From: a virus
Length of the DNA: 64,000 nt
Direction: 5' to 3' (one strand)
Virus record (IMG/VR): IMGVR_UViG_3300021356_000797
Coordinates: 1-64,000 of that record
Shown in pieces: positions 55,965 through 64,000 of the stretch. The notes under the pieces were generated by a model. That model had not been told where the DNA came from. It was given only the letters and a program-made list of their open reading frames with translations, and searched no databases. Every line of letters begins with the position of its first letter. The stretch's first letter is position 1. Made by a program: the position numbers and the translations under genes.

Positions 55965-58805
55965 ATGGCAACATTTATTCCAAATATAGGTGACGTAACT
56001 CCTGAAGTAGAGTACTTTAGACCTAATCTAGAACTTATGGCTGGCTACTTGGAAACAAGACAAGGCCAGTTTAATGCTGCTAGAGATGAGCTAAATACAA
56101 TGTACAATACATTGATGTCTCTAGATCTTACATTAGATGAGAATAAGAAAAGACGAGAAGAGTACTTCAAGGCTGCAGACCAGCAGATTAAAAAGTTTGC
56201 TAATGTAGATATCAGCTTACCTGAAAACATTGCTGCTGCTAAACGTGTATTCAGTCCTTTGGTAGAAGATGAAGCAATGTCTGAAGATTTCTTGTTTACT
56301 AGCAAGATTAAAAATATCATAACTACTGCAGAAAAGTTTAGAAACAGTTCTGAGGAAGAGGATAGAGCTAGATATAATCCAGAATCAATTAAGTATGCTC
56401 AGTTAAAGCAACAGGAGTACATCAATGCTTCTCCGGAAGCAAGAAAAGGTGTATCTAATTCTACTGTTAGATACGTATCTAATGTCAATCTTATGGAGAA
56501 AGCTACGGCTTTAGCTAAAGAGATGGACTTAAATGTAACTATAGATAGTATTACTGGAGGTTATAAAGTAACTAATAAGAATGGTCAGTTGATTACTCCT
56601 CAACTGCAACAGGCTTTTACTGATGCTTTTATGTCAGATCCTGAAGTTGTAGAATATTACGAGCAAAGAGCTTATGTGGATGTACAAAGTCAGATTCAAA
56701 GCTTGGCCCCTCAGCTTGGTTATCAGGGTGCTATAGATGCACTATCTCAAACACTTCAGGCTTCTAGCCAATTACTATTTGCTAAAAATGCAGAAGAGGC
56801 AAAAAAAGCTAAAGAAGTTTTAGATGCTCAGCGTAGAATTATTGAAAATAAAATTGAAACTGAAGGGATTGTTGAGGGCTCTGAAGCTCATAGAGACTAC
56901 CTTAATGTTTTAAAGAATTTAGAAACAGCTTCTAATAACCAAGAAATTGCGGCTCAAGGTTTAGGCTTGTCTTTAAATCAATTAAACTCTACAGAAGAAT
57001 TATATAGTCTGGCTTTCCGTTTATCACTTAGTGAAGATATTCAACGTGCAGCCCAGATCTTATCTGATAGAGGTATGGAGCAAACTGTTAAAGAAGATGC
57101 GTTTGCACTAGAAGCTGTTAAACAGCAGAATAGATTAGAACTTGCTTTATTTAAAGCAGAACTTGAGAATGCTGGAAGTTCTAGTTCAGGACAAAGTGGT
57201 GTTAGCTGGGATCCTGTACAAGCTGCAGTAGATGCCGGTGCTAGAAGCCGTGGTGCAGAAGGTACAGAATATGCTGGTAACTTAGATATCACTACTGCTA
57301 AATCTGCATTAAAAGGTTATGTAGATATAGAAGAAGATATGTACCGTAAATTTATTACCAACTTCTTGAGTAAAGAAAATGGTGGATATCTCAGCAGCGT
57401 AGGTGGCGGTTCTGCAAATGGTAAGGCTGCTGTAGATGCGTATCTTGCAGAGTTAGATGCTTTAGGTCCTCTAGAAAGACAGGAAAGAATTGCAGATGAT
57501 CTACTAGAGATTTCACAAAGTGGTCATAGCTATGATGCTAAAGCATTAGAAGATATGGAGGCTATGGTAAACAGCATTGCTGCAGCTAATAATGCAGTTA
57601 ATGGAACTGTTTATCAATCTCACAGGCTATTACAACAGGAATATGCAGGTCAACCAGATGAGCTAATGCTATCTGAGTTAATGTTTGATGATGCTGGTGT
57701 AATTTTATCTGAGAGCCAGTTTGTAAATCAAGCTACAGATTTTGTAAATGCTAATATAGCACGTCAAGATGGGGGTAGAGGATTTGATCAAAATAGATAT
57801 ACTAGTTATAGACAAACTTTTGATAACTATGGTAGTGCATATCCTACTTATGCAGAAGCAGATCCAAATAAGTTAAAAGAACTTTATCAGGTATATAAAA
57901 ATAATATTGATAATATCTATAAAAATAATAGTGTTAATGTTCATCAATACTTTGATCCAGATATAGTTGGGGGAGGTTCCAGCCGTGCATTTGAAGTTAA
58001 TGCTTCATATGTTGCAGATCCTATGACTTACTACAATAAAAAGAAAGCAGGTCATCAGAATTCTAAAAAAGCATTTACAGTTATAGCTGGTACTGTTATG
58101 GCTGCTAAAAATTCAGATAGCTACATCTATCCTGGTTCAATGATTGAAAATAATTATTTTGGACTAGATGCTTTTCCAGATGGGGAAGATAACAAGATGG
58201 TTATAGAAAACGCTGCAACAGAATTGCTTAATAGCTTTTTACAAACCGCTCAAAAATCTAATGATGGTAGCTCTGTAGGTAGACCTACGGCTATAGTAGA
58301 TGTTGCAAAAGGAATTACTATTGGAGATAAACGTTATGTAGCTACACAGATTACATTTGATGAAACCTATATGGCTGGATTAAAAGAAGATAATCCAGGT
58401 AAGTATAAAGATGCTCCAAGTAAATACACCATTTTTACACCTCAAGAAGCTATGCCTGTTGGCTACTTCCCTAGTGATGGATCAGGAGCTTTAATGGCTT
58501 CTATTATAGCTAGTGGTGAACGCACTACACAATTCCCTCAAGGGCTAGGATCAGTTACTTATACTTATGATGATGAGTCTGGATTGATTCAAGTCTATGG
58601 TAAAATTAAAAGCCTTAATCCAGAAAATGGAGGCTATGAAATGAGAGAGTATGTAGAGTCTGTAGATGAAGAAAACTTTGACATTGTAAGAAATTCTGTA
58701 TGGAATGTAGTTCAGGCAACTCTTGAATCTAATGAACAACGCTTAAAAGAATTAGAAGCGGCACAAGGTATTACAAGGGTTACTGATCCTAATAAATTAA
58801 AGTAA
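55965..58805 (+). CDS. internal virion / ejection protein
   Basis: 946 aa, helical, no Cys seen, position after muzzle and cargo genes. Confidence 0.62.
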   Translation: MATFIPNIGDVTPEVEYFRPNLELMAGYLETRQGQFNAARDELNTMYNTLMSLDLTLDENKKRREEYFKAADQQIKKFANVDISLPENIAAAKRVFSPLVEDEAMSEDFLFTSKIKNIITTAEKFRNSSEEEDRARYNPESIKYAQLKQQEYINASPEARKGVSNSTVRYVSNVNLMEKATALAKEMDLNVTIDSITGGYKVTNKNGQLITPQLQQAFTDAFMSDPEVVEYYEQRAYVDVQSQIQSLAPQLGYQGAIDALSQTLQASSQLLFAKNAEEAKKAKEVLDAQRRIIENKIETEGIVEGSEAHRDYLNVLKNLETASNNQEIAAQGLGLSLNQLNSTEELYSLAFRLSLSEDIQRAAQILSDRGMEQTVKEDAFALEAVKQQNRLELALFKAELENAGSSSSGQSGVSWDPVQAAVDAGARSRGAEGTEYAGNLDITTAKSALKGYVDIEEDMYRKFITNFLSKENGGYLSSVGGGSANGKAAVDAYLAELDALGPLERQERIADDLLEISQSGHSYDAKALEDMEAMVNSIAAANNAVNGTVYQSHRLLQQEYAGQPDELMLSELMFDDAGVILSESQFVNQATDFVNANIARQDGGRGFDQNRYTSYRQTFDNYGSAYPTYAEADPNKLKELYQVYKNNIDNIYKNNSVNVHQYFDPDIVGGGSSRAFEVNASYVADPMTYYNKKKAGHQNSKKAFTVIAGTVMAAKNSDSYIYPGSMIENNYFGLDAFPDGEDNKMVIENAATELLNSFLQTAQKSNDGSSVGRPTAIVDVAKGITIGDKRYVATQITFDETYMAGLKEDNPGKYKDAPSKYTIFTPQEAMPVGYFPSDGSGALMASIIASGERTTQFPQGLGSVTYTYDDESGLIQVYGKIKSLNPENGGYEMREYVESVDEENFDIVRNSVWNVVQATLESNEQRLKELEAAQGITRVTDPNKLK

Positions 58806-58807
58806 CT

Positions 58808-61800
58808 ATGGGTGTTCTGCCTACATGGTCATCAGCTGCTGCTGATAAAGCTAGAGAAACTTATAAAGCTCCTCAAGGTGGGGGCTTTTCTGCTAATTTA
58901 AATTCTCGTTTGTCTACTTATCAACAAGCAGAAATTCCTCAGCCTTTTAAATCTCCAGGTGCAGATTTATTTGATACGCAATCAGATATAGCATTTAGTG
59001 GAAAGCAGTTAAATGTAAAACGTTTTTATGAACATCCTGCATATAGCCGTTTAGGATTTTCAGCTTTTAGAGATAATGATTCTTACTATAATAGTAAGGC
59101 TAGCTGGGTAGGAGATTTTAAAAGAGCCTTTAAACATTTTGGGCCAGGGTTTAGAGACGGATTTGTTTCTAATTATGCTGGCTTTGAAAGTTTAGTTGGA
59201 GGTCAGGCATTAACCCCTAGTCTATTAGATTATTCTAAGGGTAGAGAAGCTGAAGAAGCGGCATCTATTGCTATGTCTACAAGAGGTGGATGGAAACAGT
59301 CAGCCGTTAATATTCCTTACAACCTTAATTATACTGCAGGTATTATAAGCAGCATTGCCTTAGAGGATTTAGCACTTGTTGCAGCAGCACCTGGTACAGG
59401 CGGTACATCTTTAACTGGATTGCTTTTTAAAACAGGTAGAGATGTTGCTAGAGTAGGTAGTGCAATTGGTCAAGTAGCTAGAGGTGCAAGAGCTTTAGAT
59501 AAAGTAGCCGATGCTAAGAAAGTGTACAATATGGTAAAAGGTACTGCTGTGCAAACTAGTAGACTTTTAATACCTGAAACAGCTACACAATTTGGTAAGT
59601 TCTATACCACTGCTAATGCTGTAGGAAGAGCCGGTAAGATTGGAGAATCAACTCTTAATATGATAAGTACTGCTAAAGGTTTTGGTAGTATGTATCGTGA
59701 TTTAAGAATGATTAACATGGCTATTGATGAGTCAAGTGTAGAAGCAGTTGGTGTACGCAATGGTCTAATGGATAGATATGTATCTGAGTTTAGTCAAAAG
59801 AATGGTAGATTGCCAAATGCTTCTGAGTATGCAGATATGAAAAAGAATGCAGATGAGGCATTAACTGCAGACTATTGGGCTAACCTTCCTGTAATTTATC
59901 TAACTAATAAACTAACTTTTGGTAATGCATCATTAGCTCCAAGGTTTATTAGAAACTATGCAGCTCCCATTAAAAACCAAGCGGGTAGATTAATTAGAAC
60001 TGCTACTAAAGGTAAAGTTACTAGTGAGATTGTTGAAAGAACAATGAACCCTATTAAGTATATTAAAAGGGCTGTTACTAATAGACAACTTGCTAAGGCT
60101 AATTTGTACGCAACTGCTAGATACTTTAAAGCAAACTTAGGTGAAGGTGTTCAAGAACTTTACCAAACTGGTGCGGCTACTACCTTTGAAGATTACTACT
60201 ATAATCTATATAATAATCCAGCAATGAATGGATTTAAGTACTATAAAGAATCTGCTAAAAGAGGAATTGGTACTTTATATAGTCAAGAAGGTTTAGAGGC
60301 ATTTGCTGGAGGTTTACTTGGTGGTGGTTTATCTAATGTTGTAGGTGCAGGTACCAGGTTAGGTAGTGAGTTCTTTATGATGACTACTAACCCTGAGCAG
60401 TATGAAAAAGTTAAAAAGAATCAGAAGGAGCAATTAAAGTTTTTGAATGACTTTATTAATGAAGAGGGTAAGGATCCTCTAAAGTTTTTAGCTCCTGACT
60501 TAACAACTCTTGTAGATCTTATAAATCAGAATGGTACAGCATATCAGTTTGCAGATGCTATGAATTTTAAAGGGGTGGAAGATATTAGAACTACCTCTTT
60601 ATATCAAAAGATCCAGCAGCTACAAGCAAGTGGTTCTACAGAAACCTTTATAGATGCTATAGAGCAAATGAAATCTATGGAGGCTGAAGAAAAGATGGAG
60701 GCCTTGGGTGTAGATACTGTAGAGAAAGCTGATAAACTATTAGATGTTATTAGTGAGCGTTCTAGAAACATGAAGTCTAATATTGAATATGTCAATAAGA
60801 CTTATGAGAATCCTTACAATCCTAATCAGTTTAAAGTTGGTACTCCAGAAAGAAATGAAGAGATCTTAAAGCAGTTTGCATGGGAGCAGGCTAAGAAAGA
60901 TTTGGCATTCAACTTTAGTCAGTTTAAAATTACAGCAGATAGACTGGGTGAAATCTATAACTCAGCTGTAGAAGATGAAGCTGTTGCGGGCATGCTTAAC
61001 AAGGATTTTTCTGTGCTGTTTAATACTACATTAGCTCAATCTAAGAAAAGTGGTGTGCAGTTTGAAACCAGTTTAGAAAATGAAATTGGTTTTTTAGATA
61101 CAGAGAAGTCTAATGCCCAAGCGGAGATTGCTAACATAGATGAACAACTTACTACAGCAGATGAAGCGGGTAAGGAGCAATTAAAAACTCGTAAGAAACA
61201 GCTTCAAGAAAAGCTTAAGAGTATAGAAGGCAGATCTAAAATACTTACTAAGTATGCTGGAGCAATAGAAAGAGTTAAGGCTGCAAGAGCTACTGTAGAA
61301 GAAGGAAAAGAACGTCCTTCAGAAGAAGCTGCTCTTAAAGATATGTATGATGCTTTTAGAGAGTACATGCTATTTGTAGGTGAAGAAAATAACTCTCCTG
61401 TAGATGCTGTTAAATTGCAAGACACTTTTGGAAAGCTGTTAGATTTTATAGATGTAGCTGAAGACAATAGATTAGCAACTAATGCTATCACCATACTCTC
61501 AGATCCAAATGCAATACAAAGACTTAGTGATGCTCATTTTAATGGTATCAAGAAGCGTTTTGAATTACATGGTTCTTTGTCTAAACTGTTAGCTTTAGGC
61601 GTAGTAGAAAACAAGAGAACTAATGAGTTTATTGAAGCATTAGAAGAGCTTGGGGTTGTTATTCCTTATGATCAAATGCAAGCATTGGTTCTTGAAGGAA
61701 AGACCCCCACTCAATATATTTCTGTTAACGAAGAAGATACAGATGCTAATGGTTTTGTTATTGAGGGTAGCCCGTTATGGGAAAGAATCCAAGAAATAGC

Positions 61801-62587
61801 TGACCAATATGAAATGGGTAAAGCTGAAGCAGTAGAAGATGTTGAAGAAGTTTCTCCTGCAGAGTCTGAAGAAGCTATGAAAGCTGAAGGAGAAGCTGAG
61901 GCTGAGGCTGCTGAAGAGGTTAAAGAGAAGAAGCCTTCTATGACTGAGCAAGCTGCTAAGTCACAAAAAGCTACCAAGGAAGCTCAAGAGAAGCAAACTA
62001 AACGTAAGAAGACTACACGTACTCCTGCTAAGTATCAAGAGGTAAGCCTAAGAAAAGAATTAGGCGGGACTAAAGTTCTTGAGAAACTTGATGAAGACTT
62101 TGCTAAAGAGAATGAGAGAAGAAAAGAAGCTGGTGAAAGACAGCAGACCTTTACTCAATTCATAAATGGTTTATCTAATATTGATAGTCTTGTAAAACAG
62201 GGTAGAAACCAAGCAAGTAAGATTAAAGAAAAACAAGCTTCAGAAAAGACTGTAGAAAGATATCAGAAACGTTTGGATAACGCTAAGACTATTGAGGATG
62301 TAGACCTTATAGAAATAGATATTCAGACTCTACCTATTATGCCAGAGGATCTTCTTAAATTAGATTTCCAGAAAAGAAGAAATGAGATTATGGCTGAAGA
62401 AGCTAAGAAGAGAGGTGTTGAAAATGTACCAGAACCTACACCTAAAGTAGAAGCACCTCAAGGAGAAAACCTAGAGCAAGCAACAGAAACTGTAGAAAGT
62501 ATTGACTTCAACAAGATTAATACTGCAGAAGCTAGTGAGAAAGGTGGGGAAGTTACTGACGATGATATAAACAATATACTTTGTTAA
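58808..62587 (+). CDS. internal virion / ejection protein with membrane-inserting segments
   Basis: Gly/Ala-rich hydrophobic stretches (ALVAAAPGTGG, AFAGGLLGGGL), GEGVQELYQ, long coiled coils. Confidence 0.68.
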   Translation: MGVLPTWSSAAADKARETYKAPQGGGFSANLNSRLSTYQQAEIPQPFKSPGADLFDTQSDIAFSGKQLNVKRFYEHPAYSRLGFSAFRDNDSYYNSKASWVGDFKRAFKHFGPGFRDGFVSNYAGFESLVGGQALTPSLLDYSKGREAEEAASIAMSTRGGWKQSAVNIPYNLNYTAGIISSIALEDLALVAAAPGTGGTSLTGLLFKTGRDVARVGSAIGQVARGARALDKVADAKKVYNMVKGTAVQTSRLLIPETATQFGKFYTTANAVGRAGKIGESTLNMISTAKGFGSMYRDLRMINMAIDESSVEAVGVRNGLMDRYVSEFSQKNGRLPNASEYADMKKNADEALTADYWANLPVIYLTNKLTFGNASLAPRFIRNYAAPIKNQAGRLIRTATKGKVTSEIVERTMNPIKYIKRAVTNRQLAKANLYATARYFKANLGEGVQELYQTGAATTFEDYYYNLYNNPAMNGFKYYKESAKRGIGTLYSQEGLEAFAGGLLGGGLSNVVGAGTRLGSEFFMMTTNPEQYEKVKKNQKEQLKFLNDFINEEGKDPLKFLAPDLTTLVDLINQNGTAYQFADAMNFKGVEDIRTTSLYQKIQQLQASGSTETFIDAIEQMKSMEAEEKMEALGVDTVEKADKLLDVISERSRNMKSNIEYVNKTYENPYNPNQFKVGTPERNEEILKQFAWEQAKKDLAFNFSQFKITADRLGEIYNSAVEDEAVAGMLNKDFSVLFNTTLAQSKKSGVQFETSLENEIGFLDTEKSNAQAEIANIDEQLTTADEAGKEQLKTRKKQLQEKLKSIEGRSKILTKYAGAIERVKAARATVEEGKERPSEEAALKDMYDAFREYMLFVGEENNSPVDAVKLQDTFGKLLDFIDVAEDNRLATNAITILSDPNAIQRLSDAHFNGIKKRFELHGSLSKLLALGVVENKRTNEFIEALEELGVVIPYDQMQALVLEGKTPTQYISVNEEDTDANGFVIEGSPLWERIQEIADQYEMGKAEAVEDVEEVSPAESEEAMKAEGEAEAEAAEEVKEKKPSMTEQAAKSQKATKEAQEKQTKRKKTTRTPAKYQEVSLRKELGGTKVLEKLDEDFAKENERRKEAGERQQTFTQFINGLSNIDSLVKQGRNQASKIKEKQASEKTVERYQKRLDNAKTIEDVDLIEIDIQTLPIMPEDLLKLDFQKRRNEIMAEEAKKRGVENVPEPTPKVEAPQGENLEQATETVESIDFNKINTAEASEKGGEVTDDDINNILC

Positions 62588-62588
62588 T

Positions 62589-64000
62589 ATGGCTTTTTGT
62601 AATATAAAGACTAAACAGGCTCAAGGACTTGCAAACATTATTGCAAAAGATGTAGCAAACAAAAGAAACGCAGGCACTCCTTACAATGTAGAGGAGGCTA
62701 TGCGTAATGTCTACAATCTAATGATTGAGAATGGCCAAGACAAAGATAGAGCTGTAACCATGGCAGCCTTAGTACCCAAAGCTGTAATTGCACAAGTTGG
62801 TCAGTATGCTCCTAACGGTGCCTACTTAGCTCCTATTCTAGGTAAAGTGGGTGAGCTGGTAAGTAAAGCCACAGACTTTAATTCTGTCATAGAAGTAATG
62901 GGTCTACAAGAAGAGTTTGCTGAAAAGTTAAATGATGTAGAACAAGCTCAAAATAATGAGATAGATGTAGAGTCTCAACCTCAGTCAGTTGAATTACCTA
63001 AAGTAGAATTAGTAGGTGGTATTCCACTTGTAGATTCAGGATTAAGTACTACGGTATTAGAAATAGGTGACGCTGAAGGAGATCCAGCAGTAAAAGCTAA
63101 TGGAGAATTTATTAGAAAGTTTATTCGCCTTGGTCAATTGCAGAGTAAAAACTTTTCTGAAGCTTATGTCTTAGATAAGATTTCTACTTACAAACTAGCA
63201 TTGGTATCTTCAACTAAGATTCCTCAAGAGTCTAGAGTAAAAGCAGACGTTTATGGTCCTGTAGTATATGCATTTATTGATAGTCAGGGTAGAATTGTAA
63301 CTGATGAAAACGGTCACACTCCTCACGCATTTGTAAGACCTGTTGAAAAAACTGAAGATGGTTATGTATTTAGAAAAGAGAAAAGTACCAGCAGACTTCA
63401 GATTAATAAGACAAACGCTAATAATTTAGGCCTTACTTTAGAACAGTTTGAAAAGAAAATTAAAGCTGAGGCTAGTTTCTTAAATAATGCTGCTAGAAGA
63501 ATATCATCTTCTCCAGATACTATTATTCCACTAGAAGCTGTAAGAGGTACGCTTGGTGTAATAGCTAATGCTAAATCAGTTCCACTTAAAAGTATTCCTG
63601 ATTTCCAACAGGAGTTTTTATTACCTGAAGGTATTGGATCTGGTACTGGTAGAATTGCTAACGTTAGCACTTTAAATAAAGATGGTAAGGTTAACGTTTA
63701 TCAGGCGTTTGTATTTCAGTATCCTGGATATGATTATACACTTCAAGCAAACGGTTTGTTACTCCGTGACACGGAATATGCCCCAGCAATCAAAGAGATT
63801 TTATTATCAAATGATTACACCCCTCTTCAGAAGAAGAACTTACTTTTTAATATTCTACAAAAGAACGTCCTTGATTTTGCAGATACTGGTGTAAAGATCC
63901 CATACTATGGTCCTAATAGTAAGGGTATCATGGTTGTTAAGGGTAAGAAAGCTATAGACTTGTCTAAGCCAGAAGAAGCTGCAAAACTTGTTGATGACTA
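62589..64000 (+). CDS. large virion protein, 5' part only (MAFCNIKTKQ...), possibly of the virion RNA polymerase gene block; not in ORF track
   Basis: Frame open for 470 codons to the window end; position where crAss-like phages encode giant vRNAP-associated proteins; no catalytic motif visible. Confidence 0.65.
   Translation, partial: MAFCNIKTKQAQGLANIIAKDVANKRNAGTPYNVEEAMRNVYNLMIENGQDKDRAVTMAALVPKAVIAQVGQYAPNGAYLAPILGKVGELVSKATDFNSVIEVMGLQEEFAEKLNDVEQAQNNEIDVESQPQSVELPKVELVGGIPLVDSGLSTTVLEIGDAEGDPAVKANGEFIRKFIRLGQLQSKNFSEAYVLDKISTYKLALVSSTKIPQESRVKADVYGPVVYAFIDSQGRIVTDENGHTPHAFVRPVEKTEDGYVFRKEKSTSRLQINKTNANNLGLTLEQFEKKIKAEASFLNNAARRISSSPDTIIPLEAVRGTLGVIANAKSVPLKSIPDFQQEFLLPEGIGSGTGRIANVSTLNKDGKVNVYQAFVFQYPGYDYTLQANGLLLRDTEYAPAIKEILLSNDYTPLQKKNLLFNILQKNVLDFADTGVKIPYYGPNSKGIMVVKGKKAIDLSKPEEAAKLVDD

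Noticed and set aside
1779-63894. Many 60-160 aa minus-strand and alternate-frame ORFs nested in long plus-strand genes
   Set aside because: They are shadows of codon bias in the real genes, with no leaders or recognisable motifs
1-64000. Stop-codon reassignment as in some Crassvirales
   Set aside because: Long genes are intact in code 11; TAG (8976, 34223) and TGA (29122, 53954) end genes at sensible boundaries

Overview
The whole 64 kb is the virion (late) gene region of a crAss-like phage (Crassvirales-type podovirus). The host is probably Bacteroidota, since genes have A-rich leaders and no Shine-Dalgarno sequences, and the standard genetic code is used. A few small minus-strand genes (including an acyl-CoA thioesterase) face away from a long plus-strand block. 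That block runs: HU/IHF-like protein, PD-(D/E)XK nuclease, terminase, portal, scaffold, major capsid protein, accessory capsid/ring proteins, about 17 kb of tail-fibre genes, a seven-gene FN3/Cys-rich cluster, metallophosphoesterase, IHF-like protein, tail rings, muzzle, then large internal cargo/ejection proteins running off the end. Two things stand out. (1) The FN3 cluster (33.6-39.7 kb) encodes subunits that begin at FN3 strand B and end with a Cys-led strand A. This is the layout of a pilus-like fibre built by donor-strand complementation with inter-subunit disulfides, with apparent base, major, minor and tip subunits. (2) The cargo polyproteins (48-56 kb) are punctuated by about 19 xxxGG motifs that separate swappable modules, including duplicated cassettes of TonB-box-like header plus ADP-ribosyltransferase-like domain, a zincin, LysM and SLT. 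Also seen: unannotated microproteins (one mimics the ribonucleotide reductase C-terminal CxxCGS tail), a recurring phage promoter motif, and a lone Cys pair across the junction of two otherwise Cys-free ejection proteins. All family assignments come from motif recognition and gene order, not from database searches.
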